A stretch of 64,000 nt of DNA. Source: Treponema sp. Lineage in GTDB: Bacteria > Spirochaetota > Spirochaetia > Treponematales > Treponemataceae. Positions within the stretch are counted from its first letter, which is position 1; each line of letters begins with the position of its first letter. The stretch is taken from the NCBI GenBank assembly GCA_016297405.1, contig JAEDGP010000003.1, positions 2,081 through 66,080 on the forward strand. The letters run 5' to 3'. The notes beneath the pieces were generated by a model that saw only the letters and a program-made list of their open reading frames with translations, was not told the DNA's origin and did not search any database. Positions 1 through 9,458 of this stretch are shown here, one piece after another. Made by a program: the position numbers and the translations under genes.

Positions 1-380
1 CCCCAGTTCTGACCAACAGTCATGGAATCCTTCAAAATCAAAGGTTGATTCAAAACCATTTTTTTTCCTACTGGAGATTCATAGAATTTAATCAAATCCT
101 TGATTTCACTTTCTGTAAAATATCTGTCATAGATTGGAACAAGTTCATTGATTAAATCAGGACCTGCAGCTTTCATTTTCAAAGCGGCCCTATCCCAATA
201 TGCTGCTGGAACAGTTGGAATAGCCTGCTTATACTGGGGAATCATAGCATCAACAATCTGATCAACCATAGATGCAGAACCAGAAACGTTCATAAGTTTT
301 TTAATATCTTCCTGCTTATCTGCAAATGACGAAGAACACAGTGCAAAAGCAACAAAAAAGACTGTACATAATTTTTTCAT
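1..380 (-). CDS. DUF2059-like exported protein, partial (runs off left edge)
   Basis: Not in the ORF track. Manual translation from ATG at 380 (GAGG upstream): MKKLCTVFFVAFALCSSSFADKQEDIKKLM...LVPIYDRYFTESEIKDLIKFYESPVGKK. Signal peptide plus the FTxxEIxxLxxFYxSPxGKK motif typical of DUF2059. Confidence 0.75.
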   Translation of the reverse strand, partial: MKKLCTVFFVAFALCSSSFADKQEDIKKLMNVSGSASMVDQIVDAMIPQYKQAIPTVPAAYWDRAALKMKAAGPDLINELVPIYDRYFTESEIKDLIKFYESPVGKKMVLNQPLILKDSMTVGQNW

Positions 381-434
381 TTAATACCTCGTTTTATCTG
401 ATGAATTATTACAATGTAGCACAAAAAAAAAGTC

Positions 435-637
435 ACCACAACAAGGGGCTGTCCCAAAAGTAATGAGCGCTCATTGAGCCCTTCGACAGGCTCAGGAACC
501 ACCCTTCGACAGGCTCAGGAACCACCCTTCGACAGGCTCAGGAACCACACGTCGAAATGAGCGCTACACTAAATGTGGTGGTTTCGATAAACAAAACCAC
601 CGTAATGCAGCCTTATTGGACAGCCCCTTGTTGTGGT
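435..637. mobile_element. MITE-like hairpin-cassette element, copy 1
   Basis: Perfect 20-bp inverted repeat ACCACAACAAGGGGCTGTCC (435-454) / GGACAGCCCCTTGTTGTGGT (618-637); interior homologous to 28141-28265 (reverse) and 39140-39335; no coding capacity. Confidence 0.7.
479..547 (+). repeat. 3 x 23-bp perfect tandem repeat CCCTTCGACAGGCTCAGGAACCA
   Basis: Units at 479-501, 502-524, 525-547, no spacers. Confidence 0.95.
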
Positions 638-643
638 TCATAA

Positions 644-2299
644 TCAATACTTGAAGGCGCTGCCACCAATAAATTCGCGGATAATTGAACGATTTGGAAC
701 GCTTGTTGGTGGAATCGGTGCAAAATTGCTAAGGAAATTCAAAAGCCTGCATGCCTCGCTATATTCCTTTTGAGAAGGATTTACGCACCTGAGCAATGGC
801 TCTGCATAAATTTTTAGAACTGCAAGCTCATAATCCAAGGCAGTATTCAAAATCGCATCTGCATTGTTCTGGAACGGAAAAATATGAAGTTGTTCACCCC
901 GTTGAACGCTTGGCCACATTGCAATCGTTCCAGCAGCACCCTTTCCTCTAAAGCGGGCATCGCGAACAATTCGTCTGATAAGGCGGTTGTCGCTTGTGGA
1001 AATGCGGTTATGGTCATCAAGATTCAACTGGGTAAGAGCCGAAAGATAGACTTTAAATTTGCATTCTTTTGGAATCTTTGGAGTCAACCGATCATTTAGA
1101 CCATGAATTCCTTCCATGATGAGAATTTCATTTTCTTTCAAAGTCATCTTGTTCTTTTCTTCAAAATATGGCTTTCCATCATGGAAATCATAGGAAGGAA
1201 TATTAACTTCCTTTCCATCAAAAAGATCAACAAGATTTTTATTCAAAAGCTCAACATCCAAAGCTTCCAGACATTCATAGTCTGGTTTTCCATCTGCATC
1301 AAGAGGTGTCTTATCTCTGCCCGCATAGTAGCAATCCAGACTGATAACTTTAGGAGTATATCCAAGCGCCTGAATCTGCATGGCAAGTTTTTTGGAAGTT
1401 GTGGTTTTACCAGAACTTGAAGGGCCAGCCAAAAGCACAACGCGAACGCCTTTTCGATTTACAATTTCTTCTGCAATTTTTGAAATGCAATGAACCTGCA
1501 GACTTTCCGCAACCATTATAAAATCATCAATTTTGCGCTCATTGATCATCTGATTTAAGGAAGCAGCACTAGTAACATTCAGCTGCTTTCCCCAATTTTT
1601 ATATCGTTCATAAATCTCAAAAAGTTTTGGCTCATCCACAAATTCTGAAAGCTTTGTGGAATCACTGGATTTTGGGAATCGAAGCAAAAAGCCTTTTTTG
1701 TATGGCATAAGCTCAAAAACCTTGAGCGTGCCAGTTCTTTCCATCAGCGGTCCAAAATACATATCAGCAAAATCTCCGATGGAATTAATGCGAATTTTTG
1801 GAGGCGCCAGATAATTCAACTGCTTTCTTGTTTCGTTAAGTCCAAGCTCTTCAAAAATTTTGCATGCACTTGAATAAGAAACAAATCTTGTTTCAATTGG
1901 CAAATCCTGATTGACAATATTCCACATTTCTTTTTCAAGGCTTGAGATTTCTTCCACAGTAAGAGGCGAAGGATGTTCCAGAGTATAATAATAACCATAT
2001 CCAAGGCTGTGACCTACAACCAATCTTTCCGTTGGATAAATTTTATGACAGGCTGCAGCAAGCAAAAGACACAAAGACCGTCTGTATACCAGAACACCAT
2101 CTTTTGAATTCAGAAGGACCGGTTCTATATAACAATCGTATTCGATTTCTCTGTCCAAAGGGCAAACTTCATTATTTATTCTTACAGCAACAATTGTTTC
2201 TCTTTTTTCCTCAAATTCGTCAAGCAAAGAAGCTGCAACTGTTCCATATTCAACTTGTTTTGATTTTTTTCCGCAGAATGTAACGTTAAGCATGTTCAT
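644..2299 (-). CDS. udk: Nucleoside (uridine) kinase with N-terminal TGS/ThrRS-like domains
   Basis: N-terminal ThrRS-editing-like region (YRRSLCLLL, GHSLGYGYYY); P-loop GPSSSGKTT; EGIHGLN, DNRLIRRIVRD; start set at ATG 2299 after GGAGGA. Confidence 0.85.
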   Translation of the reverse strand: MNMLNVTFCGKKSKQVEYGTVAASLLDEFEEKRETIVAVRINNEVCPLDREIEYDCYIEPVLLNSKDGVLVYRRSLCLLLAAACHKIYPTERLVVGHSLGYGYYYTLEHPSPLTVEEISSLEKEMWNIVNQDLPIETRFVSYSSACKIFEELGLNETRKQLNYLAPPKIRINSIGDFADMYFGPLMERTGTLKVFELMPYKKGFLLRFPKSSDSTKLSEFVDEPKLFEIYERYKNWGKQLNVTSAASLNQMINERKIDDFIMVAESLQVHCISKIAEEIVNRKGVRVVLLAGPSSSGKTTTSKKLAMQIQALGYTPKVISLDCYYAGRDKTPLDADGKPDYECLEALDVELLNKNLVDLFDGKEVNIPSYDFHDGKPYFEEKNKMTLKENEILIMEGIHGLNDRLTPKIPKECKFKVYLSALTQLNLDDHNRISTSDNRLIRRIVRDARFRGKGAAGTIAMWPSVQRGEQLHIFPFQNNADAILNTALDYELAVLKIYAEPLLRCVNPSQKEYSEACRLLNFLSNFAPIPPTSVPNRSIIREFIGGSAFKY

Positions 2300-2478
2300 A
2301 AAATCCTCCAAATCAATGCTTAATTTTACAACGAAATTTTACATACCGCAAACTTTATCAATATAAGAGTCAAAAATCAGTTTTTTTTCCTTGGGAAGGA
2401 GAAACACTTGCTCTAAAAAACTTCATATTTTGTGAATAAAAATTCCTGATTTTACGATTCAAACCTGTTTTAAGCAGA

Positions 2479-2904
2479 TCATTTTTGAAAACGGCTTGTT
2501 ACAATATTGTCAATTTCCTTTGCCTCAGCTTTTTTTTGAAAGGAAATAAAGTCTTCCTTTTGTTTTTCCTTAAGCTTTTCAAGAGATTCGGTTCTCTGCA
2601 TGCATAACCTGAGCTTTTCCCTTTTTTCGTCGCTTATAACCTTTAGCTTTGTAATTTCACTTAAAAGCTCTTCAGTTTTGGCTCGTATAAATCCATAAAA
2701 CTCATTGGCCTGGGCAATAGCTAAAAAATCAGTAGAGCCCTCCATGGATTTTGCAGTCTTAACTTGCTGCATGGCAAGGCTATCAATCATATTTTGCACT
2801 TCACGTTCTGCAGCCAGCGCTTTAGCAAGTTCAGCTTCCGCCTGCTGCTGCTCGATTTTTCGAAAACTGAGGACATCTTCCAGTTCAAAGACAAATTTCT
2901 TCAT
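2479..2904 (-). CDS. fliJ: Flagellar export protein FliJ
   Basis: MKKFVFELEDVL start, 141-aa coiled coil, directly after fliI. Confidence 0.85.
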   Translation of the reverse strand: MKKFVFELEDVLSFRKIEQQQAEAELAKALAAEREVQNMIDSLAMQQVKTAKSMEGSTDFLAIAQANEFYGFIRAKTEELLSEITKLKVISDEKREKLRLCMQRTESLEKLKEKQKEDFISFQKKAEAKEIDNIVTSRFQK

Positions 2905-2918
2905 AGGAACCCTGATTT

Positions 2919-4427
2919 CTATTGACTGTTACCGGCTGTACGTTCCTCTTGTATGCCACCAACTAAAGTGTCTACAACAGTGCCGCTTGAATCGCCGTTT
3001 TTACTAGATTCCTCAACAGCCTTTGAAACTCCATCCGCAACAATACTCTTTACAACATGAGCTTTTCTAGGACTTTCTGAATATTCATCATCTGTAATTT
3101 CAATTCCAGAAAGGACAGAAAGTTTTTCCAATGTCTGATCCATTGTAAAACCTTCTTCTGGCTCCTGTTTCAGAAAATCTTCAATTTGGTCATGCATATC
3201 AATAGCTTCATCGATTTTTTCTGATGCGCCCTTCTGGTAAATTCCAGTAACAATCATCTGCTCATTATTCTGGTATGTAGACATGAGCTCACGAACCTTT
3301 GCCACAGCTTTTCTTGTATTCGAACCGATAACATCATTCGCATTTCGGCTAACTGAAGCCAACACATCAATTGCCGGATAATGATATGAATTTGCAAGTT
3401 TACGGCTCAAAACAATATGACCGTCCAAAACCCCACGAACAGTATCTGCAATTGGCTCATTCATATCATCACCATCTACAAGAACGGCATAAAAGGCAGT
3501 AATCGAACCTTTGTCATTCGTACCAGTTCGTTCCAAAAGTTTTGGCAAAGCATCAAATACACTTGCAGGATAACCGTTTTGAGCCGGAGGCTCTCCTTTA
3601 CTTAAACTAATTTCACGCTGAGCCTTTGCAAAACGAGTTACGTTATCCATTATCAGCATGACGTCTTTTCCCTGGTCACGGAAAAATTCTGCAATTGCAG
3701 TACATACCTGAGCAGCTCTCAACCTGCAGATTGCAGGCTCATCTCCGGTTGCTACAACAATTACCGATCTTTTCATACCTTCTTCGCCAAGGTCATCAAA
3801 CTTGAATTCATTGACTTCCTTACGTCGTTCACCAACAAGGCCAATTACATTGATATCTGCATTCGTATTACGGGCAATTGTTCCAAGCAGTGTAGACTTA
3901 CCCACACCAGAGCCTGCAAAAATACCGATACGCTGACCTTTACCCATTGTTAAAAGAGAATCGATGGACTTTACACCTGTTGTAATTCGCCTGTCGATTG
4001 GCAGTTTTGTGGACGAGTCTGGACCAGGCGCATTTATGGGATAATAACATTCAGGTACAATTTCCCCAAGGCCATCACACGGCTTTCCTAATGCATTAAT
4101 CGTTCTGCCAAGCAAACTCCATCCCACAGGAACTTGCAATGGTTTTCCAGAAGCCACTACCTCACACCCAACTTCAATGCCATCTGTAACGCCAAAAAGC
4201 GTAAGGCGCACTTGATTCCCATCAAGTGCAACAACCTCTGCCATTACCTGAGTCTTGTCAGTAAGCTTTATTGTGCAGATTTCACCGATTTTAGAACAAG
4301 GACCCTTCGACACAACATCCAGTCCCTTTACTGCGACCACATATCCTACAAAAAGAATAGGATCATAGTTTTCTACCTGATCCATATATTTTGAAAAATT
4401 GAAATTATCTGAGAATTCCTTATCCAT
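2919..4427 (-). CDS. fliI: Flagellar export ATPase FliI
   Basis: GQRIGIFAGSGVGKS Walker A, GEPP, LERTG, DGHIVLSR, YPAIDVLASVSR. Confidence 0.95.
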   Translation of the reverse strand: MDKEFSDNFNFSKYMDQVENYDPILFVGYVVAVKGLDVVSKGPCSKIGEICTIKLTDKTQVMAEVVALDGNQVRLTLFGVTDGIEVGCEVVASGKPLQVPVGWSLLGRTINALGKPCDGLGEIVPECYYPINAPGPDSSTKLPIDRRITTGVKSIDSLLTMGKGQRIGIFAGSGVGKSTLLGTIARNTNADINVIGLVGERRKEVNEFKFDDLGEEGMKRSVIVVATGDEPAICRLRAAQVCTAIAEFFRDQGKDVMLIMDNVTRFAKAQREISLSKGEPPAQNGYPASVFDALPKLLERTGTNDKGSITAFYAVLVDGDDMNEPIADTVRGVLDGHIVLSRKLANSYHYPAIDVLASVSRNANDVIGSNTRKAVAKVRELMSTYQNNEQMIVTGIYQKGASEKIDEAIDMHDQIEDFLKQEPEEGFTMDQTLEKLSVLSGIEITDDEYSESPRKAHVVKSIVADGVSKAVEESSKNGDSSGTVVDTLVGGIQEERTAGNSQ

Positions 4428-4444
4428 GAAAACCTCTGATCTGT

Positions 4445-5380
4445 TTAGGAATTGTTTTCTACGGTCAGATTTTCCTTTCGGATATTCTTAACAGGAGAAA
4501 CTTCCATAATCTTGTTTTCAAGTTCTCCAAGCTGACTTGCAATTCGGGCATCAATAGCACCAAAGTCAGTTTCAACAATACAGCCACCTTTATCCACAGA
4601 AGAATCTTCTAGGACCGTAAGCCCCTGTACGTTCTCAACCCTCTTGATAAATTCATCTGTATGTTCAGAAGTAAGTTTTAAATCTTCAAGGTTCACACGA
4701 ACAGTAACACGGCCGCGCCCACGTAATTTTTTCAAGGCTGCAAGAACGTTGCTGAGCACAACAGTTTTCTGATTCTCGGTAATAACTTTTACTACTTTTC
4801 GAGTCATCAAAACTACAAGCTCTACAATCTGCTGCTCAGTTTCCTGTAATATTTCAATGCGTCGATTCATGACTGACTCAACGATTTTATGAGTGCGCTC
4901 TATCAACCGATTAATTTCGCTTTGTCCAGCAGCATAACCTTCATCATGGCCAGTCTTATAACCATCATTTTGCGCATCAGCAGAAATTGAAGCCGCTTTT
5001 GCATTAGCTTCATCTAAAATTTCCTGAGCTTTTTCTTTTGCCTTGGCAATTATTTCATCAGCTTCCCGTTCTGCGTTCGTGTGAATTATCTGAGCTTGAT
5101 CACTTTGTCTTTTTACTTCGGCAAAAGCAGCATCCTCAGCTTTTTTTACGATTTCATCGGCGGACTTCTGAGCTTGTTCAAGCATATGCTGCTTTTCTAT
5201 TTCCCAGCCAGTTTTAAATGCTTCAGCTTCCCGGCGAAGCTCATCGGCAGTTGGTCCTGTGTATTCAGGTATATCATCTTCCGCCTCCTCTTCGATTGGA
5301 GCAAAATTGCGTACCAGTTTCAGAGTAACTTCGCCATTTTTATTTTTGATTTCGTTAGGTCTAAAAACTTGCTTTGCCAT
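4445..5380 (-). CDS. fliH: Flagellar assembly protein FliH
   Basis: GxxxG repeats (GYKTGHDEGYAAG), GGCIVETDFGAIDA; between fliG and fliI. Confidence 0.95.
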   Translation of the reverse strand: MAKQVFRPNEIKNKNGEVTLKLVRNFAPIEEEAEDDIPEYTGPTADELRREAEAFKTGWEIEKQHMLEQAQKSADEIVKKAEDAAFAEVKRQSDQAQIIHTNAEREADEIIAKAKEKAQEILDEANAKAASISADAQNDGYKTGHDEGYAAGQSEINRLIERTHKIVESVMNRRIEILQETEQQIVELVVLMTRKVVKVITENQKTVVLSNVLAALKKLRGRGRVTVRVNLEDLKLTSEHTDEFIKRVENVQGLTVLEDSSVDKGGCIVETDFGAIDARIASQLGELENKIMEVSPVKNIRKENLTVENNS

Positions 5381-5392
5381 TTATTTCTCTCA

Positions 5393-6490
5393 CTACTGAA
5401 CAAGTTCGTCTTCGCCAGAACGAGCGATAACGATTTCACCAGAATCTTCCAGGCGTCTGATTGTTGATACAATCTTCTGCTGAGCTTCTTCAACGTCTTT
5501 CAATCGAACAGGGCCCATAAATTCCATATCTTCCTTCAACATGCTTGCTGCACGCTTAGACATGTTGCGGAAAATCTTATCCTGTACTTCAGTATCAACC
5601 GACTTGAGGGCTTTTGAAAGTTCCTGAGTGTCGACTTCGCGAAGAACCTTCTGAATGGCACGGTCGTCCAGCATAACGATATCTTCGAATACGAACATAC
5701 GCTTTTTGATTTCTTCTGCCAAATCTGGATCTTCTTCTTCCAAAGCTTCGATGATGGCTTTTTCAGAAGATCGGTCAACAAGGTTCAAGATTTCAACGAT
5801 AGATTCAACACCACCAGCAGCTGTATAGTCTTCTGAAGAAAGAGTAGAAAGCTTCTTTTCCAAAACGCGCTCAACTTCACGCAAAACATCTGGAGATGTA
5901 CGGTCCATTGTTGCAAGGCGCTTGGAAACTTCAGGCTGCATTTCTTCCGGAAGATTCTGCAAAATAACAGCCGCTTTTCCTGGTTCCAGATAAGCAAGAA
6001 TCAATGCGATTGTCTGAGGATATTCCTGCTGAATAAAGTTCAAAAGATGAGCAGGATCTGTACGACGAATAAAGTCAAACGGGCGAACCTGAAGGCTTGA
6101 AGTAAGACGATTGATAATATCGATTGCTTTCTGAGAACCAAGGGATTTTTCCAACAATTCCCGGGCATAATCAATACCACCAGTGGTAATGAAGTTCTGA
6201 GCATTCATCAGTTCCTGAAATTCTTCAAGTACCGCATCCTTATATTCTGCATCTACTGTTTCAAGACGAGCAATTTCAAAAGTCAATGTTTCTACTTCAT
6301 CTTCTCGAAGATGCTTCATGATTTCGGAAGATATATCCGAACCAAGGGAAACAAGGAATATGGCAGCTTTTTGGCGACCAGTGAGACTTTTATAATCTTT
6401 TCTATCTTTTTTTCCAGAACCAGCAGGTTTTAGACTGCCAGGCTTTGGAATAGGTTTTGGATTTGATTTAGGTGAGTCGTCTTCAGCCAT
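5393..6490 (-). CDS. fliG: Flagellar motor switch protein FliG
   Basis: QKAAIFL, GGIDYA, EYPQTIALIL, MFVFEDI, NMSKRAA. Confidence 0.97.
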   Translation of the reverse strand: MAEDDSPKSNPKPIPKPGSLKPAGSGKKDRKDYKSLTGRQKAAIFLVSLGSDISSEIMKHLREDEVETLTFEIARLETVDAEYKDAVLEEFQELMNAQNFITTGGIDYARELLEKSLGSQKAIDIINRLTSSLQVRPFDFIRRTDPAHLLNFIQQEYPQTIALILAYLEPGKAAVILQNLPEEMQPEVSKRLATMDRTSPDVLREVERVLEKKLSTLSSEDYTAAGGVESIVEILNLVDRSSEKAIIEALEEEDPDLAEEIKKRMFVFEDIVMLDDRAIQKVLREVDTQELSKALKSVDTEVQDKIFRNMSKRAASMLKEDMEFMGPVRLKDVEEAQQKIVSTIRRLEDSGEIVIARSGEDELVQ

Positions 6491-6493
6491 TTA

Positions 6494-8203
6494 TTACTCC
6501 TCCATAAGCCATGTACGAATAAGCATTGCAACATCTTCAGGATGCTCTTTTGCCATGTTGATAGCATTTTCCTGAAGCTCTGCACGGCGGCTTTCTTCGA
6601 CAGACATGGTAACCTGCATATTTGCTTCGTCTTTCGCATCCCACAAAGCCCTTTCGCGCTCTGCCTGTTGCTGTCGCAAAAGTTCCTCTTCGCGAAGACG
6701 TCGTCTTCTTTCAATCTGTTTGCTGATAATTCTGTAAAGAATGAAGCCTACCAAAACAATTGCAATGGCACCAAGAACTAAAAGTATCGTTTTTGTTCTA
6801 CGCTTTGCTGCAAAATAGTCATTATCAAAGGCTTCGAATTCTGCATCTCTATCATATGGTAATGAAGTTACGATTACCCGGTCACCACGGCCTTTATCAA
6901 AGCCGATAGCACCTTCAATAAGCTCAACCCACTTTTCTATTTCAGTATCACTGATAGCCTCATAAGTTCTTTTCAGGCGTCCATTTTCTACGATGTATTC
7001 ACCCTCATTGTCCTTATCAAGCCGCCACTTTCCATCAATGTTCACAGATACAGTTCGACGGCCCTGTTGCGGAGAAACAATCTTATGCCTGGTTTCCCAG
7101 TTAACAAGATTATTTTGGGTAGTTCCGGTTTCAACAGATTTTCCAATGACATTACTCATGTCAACATAGTTCGGTGGATTCTGCCCCTGAACACCTGTTG
7201 GGCCTTCCGGATTATGGGCAGTTCCCTGCCATTCTTTAGTGATTATCTGCATACTCAACGCAAGAGAATCTTTTACTTTACGTTCGCTATACGGAGTGTC
7301 AGGATTATCTTTTTCAAGTTCGATAGGAAAATATTCAGTCTTGTCAATTGTTTCCTGTGACATGTCAAAATCAATGCTTACATTCAGGTTTCGAACACGA
7401 TCACGAGTTGCGTAGTCCTGCAAAGACGCCAATACCTTACCGCGAAGATCACGTTCCAGCTTAGCCTTAAGCTTCTGTTCCTTTTCTGCAGTATCAATTC
7501 TTGTATTGCTGTCTAAATCATCAAAATTGTTCAGACTTCTTCCGTCTGTATCAACGATACTAAGGTTTTCAGCTTTCAATCCTGGTACAGCAGTAAGTAC
7601 CATTTTCTGGATACCCTGCATTCTCTTTGAGCCAGCAGTAACATTTGATGTGTTGCTCAACGTAACAACAATCGTTGCAGAAAGAGGATCTTCATCCTGT
7701 TTGAAAAGTTTTGTTTCTGGAATGCGAATATTTACAATAGCTGAAGAAAAATCTGAAAGGGCTTCAAGCTGGCGTTTAAGAAGCTTAGAATAGGCATCCT
7801 GAAGCTTGATATTCTGTTCTGCGTCAGTATCGGACCAGCTGCGGCTTTTTGCTTCTGCAAAAGGATCCACATTCGAAGGAACAAGGTTTTCGGCATAAAG
7901 TATACTTGTGATGCGGGTAATTTCATCATCACTTGCATCAACATAAATATATCCGTCTTCGTCAACGGTAGCTTTTATTCGTTCTTTGCTGATTCGGTCA
8001 AGAATTGCAACACGGGTTACATTATCGGTAACCGGTGCATTAAAAAGTCTTGTATTGTCTGAAGAAGATGATCTGCTGATATTAACGGCTATGGCAATAA
8101 TGATAACCACAAGGACAACGCCGGCTACAATCTTCTGTACCGGTTTACTGGTTTTCCACCAGGTCTTTGCCTTATCAATTACTTTTTTGAACCATTCGTT
8201 CAT
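6494..8203 (-). CDS. fliF: Flagellar M-ring protein FliF
   Basis: Two TM segments, AVPGLKAENLSIVD, AIGFDKGRGD, C-terminal PEDVAMLIRTWL. Confidence 0.93.
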   Translation of the reverse strand: MNEWFKKVIDKAKTWWKTSKPVQKIVAGVVLVVIIIAIAVNISRSSSSDNTRLFNAPVTDNVTRVAILDRISKERIKATVDEDGYIYVDASDDEITRITSILYAENLVPSNVDPFAEAKSRSWSDTDAEQNIKLQDAYSKLLKRQLEALSDFSSAIVNIRIPETKLFKQDEDPLSATIVVTLSNTSNVTAGSKRMQGIQKMVLTAVPGLKAENLSIVDTDGRSLNNFDDLDSNTRIDTAEKEQKLKAKLERDLRGKVLASLQDYATRDRVRNLNVSIDFDMSQETIDKTEYFPIELEKDNPDTPYSERKVKDSLALSMQIITKEWQGTAHNPEGPTGVQGQNPPNYVDMSNVIGKSVETGTTQNNLVNWETRHKIVSPQQGRRTVSVNIDGKWRLDKDNEGEYIVENGRLKRTYEAISDTEIEKWVELIEGAIGFDKGRGDRVIVTSLPYDRDAEFEAFDNDYFAAKRRTKTILLVLGAIAIVLVGFILYRIISKQIERRRRLREEELLRQQQAERERALWDAKDEANMQVTMSVEESRRAELQENAINMAKEHPEDVAMLIRTWLMEE

Positions 8204-8247
8204 CTGTCCCCTCCCGTGAACGAAATCAAAAAATAGTTTTATAGATT

Positions 8248-8276
8248 ATTTTATCATATAAATAAATTTCTGCAAA
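8248..8276 (-). promoter_or_regulatory. Putative sigma70 promoter for fliF-fliJ
   Basis: TTTGCA-N17-TAAAAT with extended TG (TGATAAAAT) about 45 nt upstream of fliF. Confidence 0.5.
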
Positions 8277-8331
8277 GAGATATTTTGCTCAAGATATAAG
8301 AAGAAAAGTTGTTTTTTCACTCAGTCCGGGC

Positions 8332-8361
8332 AAAAAAAAGATGCCTCAAAACGAAGCACCT
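8332..8361 (-). terminator. Intrinsic terminator after fliE
   Basis: Minus strand AGGTGCTTC-GTTTT-GAGGCATCT running into a T8 tract. Confidence 0.7.
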
Positions 8362-8367
8362 GAAAAA

Positions 8368-8736
8368 CTATCTGGTTGTAGTGATTTCGCTCCACCCCTG
8401 AACAAGTCTGTCGATAACAGATTTTGTAAGATCCAAAGAAAGCTTTGCCTGGGCCATTGCGATAGTAACATCATGAATATCAACAGAATCAGGATCAGTA
8501 ATCACCTGCTCCTGAAGCTTCGCCGTTTGAATCTGTTTTGAATTCATGTCGCTTAAAGCACTCAAAAGAAAATCCTGAAAACTCTGCCCTTTTTTTTCTA
8601 TGGAATCTTTTGCAGCATTTTCCATGTGAAGCACAGAATCCGGTGTATTGATGATATTCTGAATCTTTTTGCTTGTTGCAGAATGATTTGGATCAAGCTG
8701 AGCAAGCGAAAGCGTATTCATTTCCTGTATTTTCAT
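8368..8736 (-). CDS. fliE: Flagellar hook-basal body protein FliE
   Basis: DPDSVDIHDVTIAMAQAKLSL...WSEI; between flgC and fliF. Confidence 0.92.
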   Translation of the reverse strand: MKIQEMNTLSLAQLDPNHSATSKKIQNIINTPDSVLHMENAAKDSIEKKGQSFQDFLLSALSDMNSKQIQTAKLQEQVITDPDSVDIHDVTIAMAQAKLSLDLTKSVIDRLVQGWSEITTTR

Positions 8737-8809
8737 ATTCCCCCACTAATCTGCAAATAGGCAGATCCACAAGTAAATTCTATCTGCGAAACACAATGAA
8801 GTCAATTGA

Positions 8810-8836
8810 TTATCGGTCTTTTTAGCACATTATGAA
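8810..8836 (-). promoter_or_regulatory. Possible sigma28 promoter upstream of fliE
   Basis: ACCGATAA -10 element in the 250-bp flgC-fliE gap; -35 is weak (TCAT/TTCA). Confidence 0.35.
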
Positions 8837-8989
8837 AGGAAAAACTCAATCAATTTAAAATCTGCTTTTGGGGAGTTTCATCCAAAGTCAAAAGCCGTCT
8901 ATACCATCTATTTCAAAGCAAGAGGGCAAAAAGACCTGGCGCAAAAATCATTCCTAAAGATAACAGCATATTTTATTTATACATGGGAA

Positions 8990-9448
8990 CTATCGACCTA
9001 TATCAAGAGCAGCAGAGAACATAGACTTGGAACCTTCAATAACCGTAGAATTTGCTTCGTATGCACGGCTTGCAGAAATCAAATCCACCATTTCATTTAC
9101 GATATTTACATTCGGATATTCAACATAACCCTTATGAGGACCGGACTTGATTGCATCAGGATGATCTGGATCATAAACCAGACGGCCTTCGCTTGTATCC
9201 TTTACGATTTCACGAACTTGAACGCCCTTGCCAACCCCGGAATCAAGATCAGAGGGACAGAAAGGACTATTCCACTGAGCTTTATTTTTAGCGGCAGGCT
9301 CAAAAACAATCATTGAACGCTTGAAAGAGCCACCTTCCTGGGTTCTTGTGGTAGAAGCATTTGCAATATTGTTTGAAATAACATCAGAACGAAGACGTTC
9401 TGCACTCATGCCAGTAGCGGCAATATTGATCGATGTAAAAAGTCCCAT
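8990..9448 (-). CDS. flgC: Flagellar basal-body rod protein FlgC
   Basis: SNNIANA, YDPDHPDA, GYVEYPNVN, EMVDLISASRAYEAN. Confidence 0.97.
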   Translation of the reverse strand: MGLFTSINIAATGMSAERLRSDVISNNIANASTTRTQEGGSFKRSMIVFEPAAKNKAQWNSPFCPSDLDSGVGKGVQVREIVKDTSEGRLVYDPDHPDAIKSGPHKGYVEYPNVNIVNEMVDLISASRAYEANSTVIEGSKSMFSAALDIGR

Positions 9449-9458
9449 TTAACGTCTC

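Noticed and set aside
479..547. CRISPR array
   Set aside because: The 23-bp units are directly adjacent with no spacers, and there are no cas genes in the window
8737..8989. c-di-GMP riboswitch in the flgC-fliE gap
   Set aside because: I could not find a convincing GEMM-type two-hairpin structure on the coding strand; an Rfam scan would be decisive
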